NCBI GenBank assembly: GCA_044226015.1
Contig: JBGAHS010000002.1
Span: 465,571 to 529,570 of the forward strand
Reading direction: 5' to 3'
Origin: Candidatus Obscuribacteraceae bacterium
GTDB lineage: Bacteria; Cyanobacteriota; Vampirovibrionia; Obscuribacterales; Obscuribacteraceae
Length of the DNA stretch: 64,000 nucleotides
Part shown: positions 39,272 through 50,188 of the stretch, piece by piece
Position numbering within the stretch: the stretch's first letter is position 1
How the letters are laid out: each line of letters starts with the position of its first letter
The notes under the pieces: generated by a model
What the model was told of the DNA's origin: nothing
The model's input: the letters and a program-made list of their open reading frames with translations, nothing else
Databases searched by the model: none
Program-made: the position numbers and the translations under genes

Positions 39272-39985
39272 CTACTTGTTTTTGTGCAAGAGGTCCAGCT
39301 GCTCTTTCAAGTCCTTAGCAGGAGTGGCAAGACTTACATCACTGCTTTGCCCACCCTCGTGGATTGCTACTACCTTGCCAGACTTATCAACATAAGGACC
39401 GCCGGAATACTGGTGCCCAACGCTGTTATAAGTATCAAAAATCAGAAAGTCGCGATTTTTGTCTTCCCCACCTAACTCCGGCAGATCCTGGTCCTTCCTC
39501 AGCCCAGTGCGCTGGAAACTACCAACTTTGAACTCTGGATCCCATCGTGTCCTACTTAATCGCACGGTCTCGTCACCAGGCTTAAGCGCATTATCAGATA
39601 TAGTCAGCGCCTGACACTGTGTTTTTGGATCAGTAATTTCAAGCACTTTGATGAAAGCAAGGTCATGAGCAGGATCCTGCTTCAAAATACTTGCCTTATG
39701 CTTTGAGCCATCGTTCAGCGTAACCTCCAACTCAACACTCAATTTGTCGTCGATGTGAATCACATGGTTGTCGGTAACCATTTCACACTGACCTATGTTT
39801 GCATTGTCGGAAGAACTTCTTACAAAAAAACCTGACCCAGCCGAACCCATGACTTGCTTGCCCTTGTCATAGTGAGAGGCAACTACATTGCCTACGCTCG
39901 GTCGAGCAGCTTCGTACAAAGCTTGAGCAGCCTCTGTAGGCTCATTCTTATTAGCACTCTCCGTAGAGATAATTCTGTCATTCAT
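39272..39985 (-). CDS. Trypsin-like serine protease without a signal peptide
   Basis: GSGFFV, TDNHV (His), HDLA (Asp) and YSGGP (Ser) motifs. Confidence 0.88.
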   Translation of the reverse strand: MNDRIISTESANKNEPTEAAQALYEAARPSVGNVVASHYDKGKQVMGSAGSGFFVRSSSDNANIGQCEMVTDNHVIHIDDKLSVELEVTLNDGSKHKASILKQDPAHDLAFIKVLEITDPKTQCQALTISDNALKPGDETVRLSRTRWDPEFKVGSFQRTGLRKDQDLPELGGEDKNRDFLIFDTYNSVGHQYSGGPYVDKSGKVVAIHEGGQSSDVSLATPAKDLKEQLDLLHKNK

Positions 39986-40199
39986 CGCACTTCCTCAAAT
40001 CGATCCTCATGCTATCGATTATGTTTTCAGCAAAAAGTGATGTCACCCGTAATATCACCAATCAAACTCATTTCTGAACATATACTCAATATGGGCCAGC
40101 TCCAATTGCAGATGGTACAACGGTTCTCAAAAAAAAAACGTACCGACAGAAACACATCAAGAGGTGTGCCAAGCATCGGTCCACCATGGGTGCGGACGA

Positions 40200-40432
<233 letters not shown>

Positions 40433-40567
40433 TTTCCGCAGCATAAGACTGGCGAACACAAAGCGGTTCATATTCATTGATAATGGCGAACTACAAAAAC
40501 TACTCTTCATGAGTGTTTGGTAGGATACCAGCAGTTTCACCTCAATACATTCGTCGCGAGCAAAATC

Positions 40568-40987
40568 ATGCCAAAAGAATCTGCCGGTTGCCTTCTCTAT
40601 AAGTTAGATAATGGGGAATTGTCAGTATTATTGGTGCATCCCTCTGGAAACTACAACAAGAAAACCCCTTGGACCATTCCAAAAGGTCTTGTAGACGACA
40701 ATGAAGAAAAGGAAATGGCAGCACGCAGAGAAACAAGAGAAGAAACCGGAGTGGAAGCAGGCGAACTCGTACCACTTGGCTTAGCAATTCAAGGCAAAAG
40801 TAAAAAACACATCTACGGCTTTGCTGGTGAGGCTCCCTCTGACGCAGCCCCGCATTGCGCCTCGTGGGAGGTAGACAAATCAGAATTTGTTTCAATGGAA
40901 GCCGCCAGAAAGCTCATACATCCCGATCAGTTGATCTTTCTAGAGAAATTGCTTGAACACCTAAAAGACAGCATTTCTCGGCACTAA
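40568..40987 (+). CDS. NUDIX hydrolase
   Basis: WTIPKGLVDDNEEKEMAARRETREETG Nudix box. Confidence 0.92.
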   Translation: MPKESAGCLLYKLDNGELSVLLVHPSGNYNKKTPWTIPKGLVDDNEEKEMAARRETREETGVEAGELVPLGLAIQGKSKKHIYGFAGEAPSDAAPHCASWEVDKSEFVSMEAARKLIHPDQLIFLEKLLEHLKDSISRH

Positions 40988-41058
40988 AATTTACTTCCCA
41001 AAAATAAAATTGGTGCATTCGGAGCAGGCTTAATTCGCAAGAGCTCGCGCACTTCCAA

Positions 41059-41305
41059 ACCAGCACCGCACTAACACTAGATCCCGCACCCGCACCGCAC
41101 CATCACCAGGTCACGCACCCGCGCCGCACTAATACAGGTCCCGCTCCCGCACTAGCACTAGATCCCGCACCCGCACCGCACCATCACTAGGTCACGCACC
41201 CGCGCCGCACTAATACAGGTCCCGCACCGCACCAACACCAGATCCCGCACCAGCACCGCACTAGCACTAGGTCCCGAAACCGGCACCAGATCTCGCACCA
41301 GCATC
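41059..41305. repeat. Degenerate 23-29 bp GCACC-rich tandem repeat with an ~81-bp higher-order duplication
   Basis: CACTAGATCCCGCACCCGCACCGCACCATCAC at 41076 and 41157; extends into the last codons of the esterase gene. Confidence 0.88.
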
Positions 41306-42343
41306 AGAACTTTTCTTCTTGTCGTCAGCTACGTTTTGTTTGCCACCCACGAATACGATAGTTCGCTTAAATACGTCAGAATTCACATCACTTTCAGCCA
41401 TGTTAACTTCTCTATGCGAAAGAGGCACCGTAAGCCACTCCACGGTTCCACCAGCCGCTTTCATGGCATCCACAAATTTCTGATGTTGAGCCGTTGCATC
41501 CTTTCTCTTTTCCCCCGAGAACATGAGAAACTTCGGATACTTACTGCCCTTATGAATATTTAGAGTTGGAGACGCATCAGTATAAGTTTTGGGCTCATGA
41601 CCAAAAGCTGACTCAAACATGCCTTTGGTTAAGATACCAGCAGCAATACCATTCTGCTCCGAAGTTCTGTCGAACAGATCCAAAGTCGCCGTATCAAGAC
41701 TCACAACCCCCTTAATGTCAGCCAATGATAGTTTGTGCGCCTGAACAAAACGACCGTTGGTTCCCAGCAAATCAACAAGATGCGCTCCAGCAGAATGCCC
41801 CATCAAGTAAACATTCTCAGAGTCTCCACCGTATTTTGCAATATTCGCTTTGACCCAAGCAAAGGCCGACGCAACATCCTCTTCGTGTGCCGGATGCTTC
41901 ACTTCAGGAGATAGCCTGTAATTTGCGCTCACGAACACCACTCCGTGCTCTGTGAAAACACTTCCCTTGTCCTTGTGCGCTTGCTGAGATTTGTCACCGC
42001 CCCGCCAACCACCGCCGTGCGCAAACAGCACCACGGGTAGTGCCTTGGCATTCTTGGGAGTATAAATATCTAGCTTTTGCAGCTGATCCTTTCCATAGGG
42101 AAGATCGACCGCCACATCCATGTTCGGGTTTGCCGGAACAGCAGAAGGTGCATCAGCTGAGGCTCTCCTTCTTTGAGCACGAGATTGCTTCAACTTTTCG
42201 AGAAAAGGTCTTGTCCCATTGGCTCCGCCGGCTTCAGTGCTACCCTGCCCTTGTGCTAGACACGTTGAAGGAAGCGACCCCAGCGACCCTAGGGGAAGCA
42301 ATCCCAATACGATCAAAGCAACTCTTAGATGTTTTCCCATCAC
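41267..42343 (-). CDS. Exported alpha/beta hydrolase (carboxylesterase)
   Basis: Signal peptide, HGGGW, NYRLSP and GHSAGAHL motifs. Confidence 0.92.
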   Translation of the reverse strand: MMGKHLRVALIVLGLLPLGSLGSLPSTCLAQGQGSTEAGGANGTRPFLEKLKQSRAQRRRASADAPSAVPANPNMDVAVDLPYGKDQLQKLDIYTPKNAKALPVVLFAHGGGWRGGDKSQQAHKDKGSVFTEHGVVFVSANYRLSPEVKHPAHEEDVASAFAWVKANIAKYGGDSENVYLMGHSAGAHLVDLLGTNGRFVQAHKLSLADIKGVVSLDTATLDLFDRTSEQNGIAAGILTKGMFESAFGHEPKTYTDASPTLNIHKGSKYPKFLMFSGEKRKDATAQHQKFVDAMKAAGGTVEWLTVPLSHREVNMAESDVNSDVFKRTIVFVGGKQNVADDKKKSSDAGARSGAGFGT

Positions 42344-42371
42344 AAACTTCCTCAGTCGAAGAAGCTGAGTA

Positions 42372-43409
42372 TTATAGCCCAGATTTTCGTCTCACAGACA
42401 ACGCGGGAATCTCCATCCGTCCAATCGCAGGCATGAAGCGCGAAAATGGCCTGTGGCTTGTAGCTTTACTTGTGTCTACAATGATCTCATCGAGAACCGG
42501 TCGCGTCCCTGCAGCTCGTTCATAACCTAATAACTCAGCAGTCCCCTCGCTTATGCCACGAGGAGCCGTAACGGTTACATCACTCATTGAGTGTTGTGGC
42601 AACCACTGTGATATCGCTGCGACAGGTTGCTGCTCTGTCGTCCCAGCGATAACAGTTCGCTCAAGACTCTGCAGCCCTCCTGTTGCTTGAACAGCCGCTA
42701 GCTGCTCACCACCAGAAGCTACAGCTGCAATTGTAGGTTCTTTCCTTATTTGTGCCATTCCTCGTTCAAATACCGAGGCAGATTTGGGCAACACGGTCAT
42801 ATCGCCTGCCGCCAAGCGCTCAAGAAACGCCAGACTGTCCCTAGACCCCGCATTAGCCACAGGATCGCCGAGTGCAGGTGCTGCTGCACCCCATGAATAT
42901 GCTTCCGGTTTCCCAAAACCTGATGCAATCGAATTGACAGGCTGTGACGCTCTACCCAGCGCAGTAGCTTCGGCAGTACTCAAAACTGGGCCAACTCGTG
43001 CGGCTGTGTTCAAGCCCGCACCTTCGGTCAGAGCAGCTCCTGCAAGGCTAGTTTCAGGCAATAATCCAGCTCCAGCAGCAATTTTCGAAGTACCCATAGA
43101 ACCCAAAGCTCGGCTCTCTAGATTTAGCATTTTGGCAGACGAAGACTCAGTCAATGAAAGTGCGTCCTTCGCGAGTAAGCGAGAAAGCGCTCGCCCACCG
43201 AAAGTAAGCGCGACCAAGCCCGCAGTAACTGTGACGCCAGTTAGAATTTTGTTGTTCTCAATCCAGCTGCCCCAACTTTCGTCTGCAAGCTTATTCGCTG
43301 GAGCTGACTCTGCCGGTGCATTGAGCAAATCCGAGCGCTTTAATTTGAAAAAGTCGTCCATTTTAGAATATCCACTGCCTCCTGATACTCTAAACGAGTC
43401 AGCTGACAT
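42372..43409 (-). CDS. Hypothetical Ala/Gly-rich protein with one TM-like segment
   Basis: Long ORF; hydrophobic ILTGVTVTAGLVALTFGG; no family recognised. Confidence 0.6.
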   Translation of the reverse strand: MSADSFRVSGGSGYSKMDDFFKLKRSDLLNAPAESAPANKLADESWGSWIENNKILTGVTVTAGLVALTFGGRALSRLLAKDALSLTESSSAKMLNLESRALGSMGTSKIAAGAGLLPETSLAGAALTEGAGLNTAARVGPVLSTAEATALGRASQPVNSIASGFGKPEAYSWGAAAPALGDPVANAGSRDSLAFLERLAAGDMTVLPKSASVFERGMAQIRKEPTIAAVASGGEQLAAVQATGGLQSLERTVIAGTTEQQPVAAISQWLPQHSMSDVTVTAPRGISEGTAELLGYERAAGTRPVLDEIIVDTSKATSHRPFSRFMPAIGRMEIPALSVRRKSGL

Positions 43410-43804
43410 TTTGGAGCTGAGGATGGGAAGGATACGAAGTGATCCCAATATTAGTGAATTCATTCTCTCATTTAGACATCGTTTTACTTAGAGCGCAGAG
43501 GAGGATTAACAGCTGGCAACTGTGGCTCAATACAGCATCATTTTTTTCTGCAGGTGAGGAGAGCTCCATCAACAATTGCAACAATGAATCGAATAAGTAG
43601 AAATGCGCTCAATCCAAGGCGACTCAAGCACTCGAATAATCAAATCGATTGCAAACATAATTCTCTTACAAAATGCCCTCAAAAATAAGCACTGCGCGGC
43701 TTTCTCTACTAATTCAAGCATCTGCAATTTTCCCAACAGAAGTGGGAAAGGTATGAATGGCAAAAGCTAAGTCTGTTGAATTGTGCTCTATACGGACCTT
43801 TCAA

Positions 43805-44662
43805 TTATCTCAATGAACACTGACTCAGTGCGGAAATTGAGAACAACGGGCTGTGGGTTAACGCAGTTTCTTCTTTTGAACTTGTTGCTATCAAGCAGAT
43901 TTCTTCCACGGCGGAAAGATGCCTTCGAGCATCCTCAAAGGTCTGTGATGCAATTAAACTCGCAATATGCATTGAGAGTAAGGGTCCCAAAATCATTGCA
44001 GAACCGAAAACTCTACAACGTCCACTGGCAATTTCAAACTTGCTCTCGTTTACAAGCAAAAAGATTTTGCTCTCGAATAACCCATCAACGCCTGGCTCAG
44101 TCTCTGTGGCGAGTCGAACCTTATTCACCATTTGTTTTGAATCAAAATGAGAATCCAAAAGAATGTGACTGATAGAAGCAAAGTCATCACAACTAGTGCT
44201 GTCACAAGCGCTTAGATGCAATAAACAGCTCCTGTATTCGTACTTTCCTTGCGGATCTGTCACCTGCGAACTATTCTCTTTCCAATCCCAAACCAGAGAA
44301 TCCATCACTTGAGCCACCTGTTCAGCAGTAAGCGAAGAACAGTCCGCCATGACAATTCCTAACTCTGCTTCTGATGCAATTTTTTCTCTCAGTCCAACCG
44401 GCTCAGACATCTCACCAAAGTCACAATACAAGAAATCAATGGCGAGGAGCGCGTCAAACTCTGCCGAACTTAATACAAAATCGAAACACATGTTCTCGAA
44501 TCCTGCGCATCCCTCGACACAAGCAGAAGGATCATTTAGTTCCATGATCTCACTCAATTTGACTTTTGGAAAGACATGCAAACCCGCAGCGCTGCTTGAA
44601 CAAGTAGGCAGCTGGTCAAGAAACGATTCCCTGCGTCCCAAAAGTCTTTTCTTTCGCATCAT
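43805..44662 (-). CDS. DUF2726-like domain protein
   Basis: VFPKVKLSEI...FDFVL...LLAIDF...REKI pattern. Confidence 0.6.
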   Translation of the reverse strand: MMRKKRLLGRRESFLDQLPTCSSSAAGLHVFPKVKLSEIMELNDPSACVEGCAGFENMCFDFVLSSAEFDALLAIDFLYCDFGEMSEPVGLREKIASEAELGIVMADCSSLTAEQVAQVMDSLVWDWKENSSQVTDPQGKYEYRSCLLHLSACDSTSCDDFASISHILLDSHFDSKQMVNKVRLATETEPGVDGLFESKIFLLVNESKFEIASGRCRVFGSAMILGPLLSMHIASLIASQTFEDARRHLSAVEEICLIATSSKEETALTHSPLFSISALSQCSLR

Positions 44663-44744
44663 AATTTATTTGTTCGACACCTTTTGAAGTATCTAGAAAT
44701 GCTATCAATTCGAATTTGAAATTTACCTGAAACGAAGTTGTCAG

Positions 44745-45476
44745 CTAGAGCGCACCGGGAAACTTGCGCATCAAATCCACAATAAGAGCAACTGCTGCGA
44801 GATCCGTCAATAGACCGTGAGAAAACCCTGCAGCCAAGACCGAACCAGTTCTCCTGTAAATTATCGCGAGCATTGCACCATACGCAGCTAAGATCAGACT
44901 GGCTAACTCAGCTGCGATGGGAAACATTACCAATCTGAAAATAAAGTAGTGAAACAGAGCATAAAGAAGGGACGACACGATGATCGCAAAGTGCGGAAAC
45001 GGTGGGTTCTTTATTCGTTCGAACACTCTCAAAACAGTTCCACGCCAATAAAATTCCTCGATAAACGGATTTACGACAACTGCATAGAGATTCAATAACC
45101 AGAGATTGCTCTTACTCCAGCCTAATTTATTCATCAGCGCAACTGCCGCCACATCAGAGAGAACTTTCTTTCCTAGAATTTCATACGCAAGCACAGTGAC
45201 GACAGCAAATAAAATAGCAAGTGCAGAAAGAATCACGAAAAATCGCCACGAGGGGAACGATAGATCTTTCGTCCAGATTTTTCTGGACAGCAATAGGGCC
45301 GGCAGCAAACAACCGTAGTGATATAGCCCATAAGCCCAAATCGCACTGCTAAGCTTATACAGCCCAACCCACATAGCTACACAAGGCAAAAGACTCCACA
45401 AAACAACAAGCCAGACGACTCCATCAGAGAAGTGGCTTCCTTGCTCACTTGAAGATTCAATGGCTGTATCTGTCAC
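44745..45476 (-). CDS. CPBP (CAAX/Abi) intramembrane metalloprotease
   Basis: EEFYWRG, YALFH and SHGLL motifs; multiple TMs. Confidence 0.88.
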   Translation of the reverse strand: MTDTAIESSSEQGSHFSDGVVWLVVLWSLLPCVAMWVGLYKLSSAIWAYGLYHYGCLLPALLLSRKIWTKDLSFPSWRFFVILSALAILFAVVTVLAYEILGKKVLSDVAAVALMNKLGWSKSNLWLLNLYAVVVNPFIEEFYWRGTVLRVFERIKNPPFPHFAIIVSSLLYALFHYFIFRLVMFPIAAELASLILAAYGAMLAIIYRRTGSVLAAGFSHGLLTDLAAVALIVDLMRKFPGAL

Positions 45477-45728
45477 GTCATATTCGCCGTAAGAATGCTA
45501 TCCCAAACTATTATGGCACAGCCCTCTGACGAAGAATTTCGGTCGACACAACTATGCACAGCATGCAACATTGCATCTAGCACGCAACAATGCAGCACAG
45601 CGCGCAAGATTGCCCTGCTCACAACAACAACATTGCATCTAAAATGCATTGCATTTACACGCAAATACATCCACCTGCAACAACGAATTAGGAGCTGCCT
45701 GAGCTAACCCTCAACGCCAGCAAAGAGC

Positions 45729-46922
45729 CTATTTGTGCTGCTTCCGGTGCCTGCTTTGAACTTCAACTGGAGTCTTTGAAAGGTCATCACCGTAAAACAT
45801 ATTTAGATCAACAGAATCGCTGTTAATTCCAGGCACTTTTCCCTTTTCGGAATACTGCCAAAAATCCCACTTTGTCCACGGCTTCGGGATGATGGGCTCA
45901 GGCACATTATAGTTGGCAATCCACAAACTGTATTTGGCTAACTCTGGCGAATTCTTCAATACCTCGTTAAAGAAATTGGGACTGCCATAGATAGTGATTT
46001 GCGGTGCCACACCCAACTCTTTTTGAACACCCTTGCACCAATCATCAATCATCTTTATGCGTTGCTCTATCGTGTATGGCTTCCAGAGCTTCTCATCTTC
46101 AGTATCAATCACAAGGCGCAAAGCATTGGCATCAACCTTGCCTACAGTTTTTACAAAGTTCTGTATCTGGTCCTCAACAGGTCTAGGCGGTCTAAAATAA
46201 TGGTAATAGCCTACAGTAAGCCCGGCATCCACCGCGCCTTTTCTATTTTGAGCAAACTTAGAGTCGACCCAGTCACCACCCTCGGTGGCTTTCAAGAAAG
46301 CAAACTGATAACCGGCTTCCTTCACTTTCTGCCAATCGATATCTCCTTGATGAGCAGAAACATCAATTCCCTTAATTCGCTTTACAGCTGAGTCTACCCT
46401 CTGTTCAATTTCGCCTTCGGACCAGAGCTTCACATGATCTGTCTTGTTGTAAAAATCGCGCCCCCACTCTTTGAAGTCACGATCACGAATTCGCCGAGAT
46501 TCAGTAAGAACTTCCTCAGGACTCAGTTTCAACTTCCCATCTTTGACTAGTTGCTCTAAAACCTGATATGGTCCCCAGCCTTCCTTCAGTTCAGCATTCT
46601 CGATATTGTTAGCATTGTAGCGAGACCTAAACATATTTCTTTCTTCAAACAGTCGTTGTTCATTCGGCTTCAATACGACCTTAGGGTCTGCAGTATTGCT
46701 TGCTTCATCTGCAACCTTTGTTCCAGCAGGAGAAGCCCCGGCATTCCTTTCTCCACTAGATGCAGTCGGCGGCAAATTCTTTTGTTTTGCGGTAGGCTCA
46801 ACTGACGATCGCTCACCCATCAGCGCAACATACTCTTCTCGCAAATTATCACTGCCAGACCCAGAACTGGCATTCCTCTCCACAGTGCTTTCCCTGCTAC
46901 GATCTTGAAACGAATCCACCAT
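45729..46922 (-). CDS. GH25 lysozyme with a long N-terminal extension and no signal peptide
   Basis: GIDVSAHQGDIDW, KATEG, GYYHYF, DTE, LWIANY, FWQYS and VDLN motifs. Confidence 0.92.
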   Translation of the reverse strand: MVDSFQDRSRESTVERNASSGSGSDNLREEYVALMGERSSVEPTAKQKNLPPTASSGERNAGASPAGTKVADEASNTADPKVVLKPNEQRLFEERNMFRSRYNANNIENAELKEGWGPYQVLEQLVKDGKLKLSPEEVLTESRRIRDRDFKEWGRDFYNKTDHVKLWSEGEIEQRVDSAVKRIKGIDVSAHQGDIDWQKVKEAGYQFAFLKATEGGDWVDSKFAQNRKGAVDAGLTVGYYHYFRPPRPVEDQIQNFVKTVGKVDANALRLVIDTEDEKLWKPYTIEQRIKMIDDWCKGVQKELGVAPQITIYGSPNFFNEVLKNSPELAKYSLWIANYNVPEPIIPKPWTKWDFWQYSEKGKVPGINSDSVDLNMFYGDDLSKTPVEVQSRHRKQHK

Positions 46923-47034
46923 AAGAGTTCCCCAGTGCCCAAGCACTCTTACATTAATCCTCTGGAGAAATTTGCATAGATTCAGAATGCGGTAAACACT
47001 AATAAGGACAACTGAAGTTTTTTCTCACAATACT

Positions 47035-47655
47035 TCAGCCTTCGCGGCTCCAAACATTTACTTGAACCACATTCTCAATAGAATCGTTCGCATAAAGCAA
47101 CTCGGTATGCCAGCCACCTTCATAGTAGAAAAACTCAGCAGCCTGTGTAGCATCGCGCTTTTTCAAATCGTCATCATCATGCTCAGTAATGGAACTCACA
47201 TTGCCGGGTAGCAAGCGCTGCATTACTTTCAGCGCATCATCCCGCTTTATGCCACCGTTCGAATATTTGACCTCGATGCTAAATGGCAAAGAGTTTCTAC
47301 AATGAACAGCGTAAGCACCACCGAACTCGTCAGCCTTACGCCCCATATACTGAGTTTTTTCACCAAAATGCCCCGGTTCGAAATAGGAAAACTCTGCTGA
47401 TCTAGACAAACCAACTTCTTCAATATCAATGTGCAAATTCGACACAGTGATGGGCTCAGAACTTCCCGATTTCTTTTTTGCAGCTGATGAATTGATAGAA
47501 ACAGCAGCCGCACCCGAGCTACTCGGCTTCGATGTAGCAGGTCTCTCCTGTACAAGATCTTTAGTTTCGTTAGCTTGCTTGCAGCCACTCAAGCCTGACA
47601 ACAAAGTCAGCAAGAGCAGCAAAGATGTTAAGTGTGGGGGAGTCGATTTACGCAT
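47035..47655 (-). CDS. Hypothetical lipoprotein
   Basis: Hydrophobic stretch ending in the lipobox LSGC. Confidence 0.75.
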   Translation of the reverse strand: MRKSTPPHLTSLLLLLTLLSGLSGCKQANETKDLVQERPATSKPSSSGAAAVSINSSAAKKKSGSSEPITVSNLHIDIEEVGLSRSAEFSYFEPGHFGEKTQYMGRKADEFGGAYAVHCRNSLPFSIEVKYSNGGIKRDDALKVMQRLLPGNVSSITEHDDDDLKKRDATQAAEFFYYEGGWHTELLYANDSIENVVQVNVWSREG

Positions 47656-47733
47656 TCGTAAAGAATAACCCAACAACATTCGTGGCGAAATACCCTGTAT
47701 AGTTATGCGTGTGATTCTAAATCTGCATTTAGC

Positions 47734-48858
47734 ATGAGCAACCCTCAAGTTTCCATCTGCCTACCCGTCTACAATGGCGCCAGACACCTCTCAGCAGCAA
47801 TCGAGAGCGCCCTTTCACAGACATTTGGAGACTTCGAATTACTAATCGCAGATGATGGCTCTTCCGACGGAAGTGCAGAAATAGCAAACACATTCATAAA
47901 ACAAGATCAGCGCGTTCGCTACTGGAAAAACGAGCAGAGACAGGGGCTTTTTGGAAATTACAACGCTTGCATAAAGCAGGCACAGGGCAAGTTCATCAAA
48001 ACGTTTGCACAAGATGACATATTTCACTCAAACGCACTTGAAGAAATGGTCAATCTTTTGGACAGCGAACCGAATGTGGCCCTGGTAAGTTCATCTCGCG
48101 AAATCATAGATGACAATGGCGAAGTCAGCGAATTTAAGCAACCAATAAAATCGAATTTCCGCGCTCGGGGAAAAGATGTCATCACATTCCACTTGATCGC
48201 CCTCAATAATTGGGTAGGTGAGCCGAGTACAGTGATGTTTCGCAGAGAATTCGCTGGCTCTGGTTTCGATAATGCTTATTATCATTATGGCGACATAGAA
48301 TACTGGTTTCGCATCTTAGAGCATGGCGACTTTTACTATTTCGAAAAAGCCCTGACACAATTTAGAAGACACGCAGCGAGCCAAACGGACAAGAATCATC
48401 GGGAAATGTTTTTTGCTTTGGACATTCTACGAATGAGCTCCAAATATCGTCACCTTCTTGCAGAGTTCGAACCAGAAGAGTTGTTCAAACGCCGCATAGC
48501 AGAGAAGATTGCACTTGAACATGGACACGTTTTGAGTGCCGCCGAACCGGAAAACCTTTTCGAGATGTACGAAAAGGTTTTTCTAGCAACAGAAAACAAG
48601 CAAATCGCCAGTAATTACACAGAGTTGGAATTACAGCGCTTACAAGCAGAAGCCGCGGGATTCAGGCTTCTAGCATCAATGTCTTTGACTACAATATCAA
48701 AGCTTATCGAAGAACTAGACCACGAAAAACGTTGCAGAGTCATCGAACACGATCGCTTTGTCGAAGAAGTTAGTAAAATGCAGAGCAGCATTTACTGGAA
48801 GTTATCCAGCCCACTGCGCAATCTAAAGAAAGCCCTGAAGGGCTCAAGCAATACCTGA
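47734..48858 (+). CDS. GT2 glycosyltransferase with a C-terminal coiled coil and S..WK helix
   Basis: VSICLPVYNG, DDGSSD and GEPSTVMFR motifs. Confidence 0.92.
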   Translation: MSNPQVSICLPVYNGARHLSAAIESALSQTFGDFELLIADDGSSDGSAEIANTFIKQDQRVRYWKNEQRQGLFGNYNACIKQAQGKFIKTFAQDDIFHSNALEEMVNLLDSEPNVALVSSSREIIDDNGEVSEFKQPIKSNFRARGKDVITFHLIALNNWVGEPSTVMFRREFAGSGFDNAYYHYGDIEYWFRILEHGDFYYFEKALTQFRRHAASQTDKNHREMFFALDILRMSSKYRHLLAEFEPEELFKRRIAEKIALEHGHVLSAAEPENLFEMYEKVFLATENKQIASNYTELELQRLQAEAAGFRLLASMSLTTISKLIEELDHEKRCRVIEHDRFVEEVSKMQSSIYWKLSSPLRNLKKALKGSSNT

Positions 48859-48882
48859 TTCGAACGAACTTAATGCAGTACC

Positions 48883-49977
48883 TTAGTACACGAAAGCTCG
48901 TTGCCTTAGGGTGCTTTTATTAGCCTTTTGCAAGCGCTTGTTCATGGTATCCATGTCATAGTCACGATGTGACGCAAAGGCAGACCAGCTGTTCTTGTTA
49001 TGCCAGCGAATAACAGGGTTCATGAACTCATTTTTTTGGAACCATGAAATCACTGACTCTCGTGCAACATAAAATGCAACAGGAGCAGTCAGATGGTCAA
49101 ATACAATATGATTGATTTCGGTGAAATCGAAGCGCGAAATATAGTTCATATATGACTGGTAAAACAGATCTGGCAACCAGGGAATGCTTTGTTGCAGCTT
49201 GGTCCAAGGTCTAGATATGAACTTTGCATTCAAGTAAACGGGAATAGATAGGATTGTCGAAAGCACTTTCAGCATACCTGTTGGAAGGTTGGATGTGAAT
49301 GCCTTTCTCAAAGGACAGACAAGGTTGGTAATCCACCAATTGTTTTCTTTTCCGTAAACCCAAATGCTGAGAGCTCCGCCTGGTCGCAAAGTTTTGGCGA
49401 CTGAAGAGAAGCCAGCCTGGGGATCATCCATGTGATGAAGAACACCTACTGAAAAGGCAAAGTCAAAAATGTTGTTGAATGGTAATTGGCGAATGTCGGC
49501 TTGAATCAAGTGTATCTTCGGCAAATGTCCAACGTTCTTGTAGGCTACGTCAACGGCGTTGCCGATGTCGATTCCGAAAACAAGCTTAGCGCCTGATTCC
49601 ACAACAATTTGCGCATGCCGTCCCTTACCAACACCAGCTTCAAGGACAATCTTATCGTCCATAAAATCGGGATCTACTGGAAAAATCCAATCATAAAACT
49701 GCTGCTTATAGCGCTCATCAAGCCGAGAAAACTCCTTCCAGGCATTGGCAAAACGCTCCCCAGTGTTCAAATCGGTTGAGGAACTTAAACTGGGGTCAAC
49801 CATTCTGGGAATGCCATGAGTAATGGCAAACCTCTGCAAGCAAGACTTGCAAGTAAGCGACCCTGTGATAATCTCACGACCTTCTCTGTTGTCCATAGGA
49901 ATTGATTCATCCTCTTGAAGAATGAATTGTCCCTTGCAAGAAATACATGCCAGATAGGGTAATAAACTGGGTTTCAA
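48883..49977 (-). CDS. Trm112-like Zn domain fused to a class I SAM methyltransferase
   Basis: LACISCK...GSLTCKSC...GIPRM, VLEAGVGKGRH and GVLHH motifs; TTG start with GGGAG RBS. Confidence 0.88.
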   Translation of the reverse strand: MKPSLLPYLACISCKGQFILQEDESIPMDNREGREIITGSLTCKSCLQRFAITHGIPRMVDPSLSSSTDLNTGERFANAWKEFSRLDERYKQQFYDWIFPVDPDFMDDKIVLEAGVGKGRHAQIVVESGAKLVFGIDIGNAVDVAYKNVGHLPKIHLIQADIRQLPFNNIFDFAFSVGVLHHMDDPQAGFSSVAKTLRPGGALSIWVYGKENNWWITNLVCPLRKAFTSNLPTGMLKVLSTILSIPVYLNAKFISRPWTKLQQSIPWLPDLFYQSYMNYISRFDFTEINHIVFDHLTAPVAFYVARESVISWFQKNEFMNPVIRWHNKNSWSAFASHRDYDMDTMNKRLQKANKSTLRQRAFVY

Positions 49978-50188
49978 GAGTGTTCTCCCAAAAAAGTCGC
50001 CCGAATCGCTCTCCAATCGCAAAAGAAGCCAAGAGAGTTATAACTATTCTATTGTCTGACTAGCTTGGCAAGCAAGCCAGTCAGTTTAAGCAAAAAGCCA
50101 ATCCGGTTTTGAACAATTTCATCTCAGAAATCCAAAGAGGCTGAAAAATCAAACGTCTCGGGCATATTAGCGCTAACCCCGCCCAAAA

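Noticed and set aside
45729..46922. Prophage lysis cassette
   Set aside because: No holin, spanin or other phage genes in the neighbourhood.
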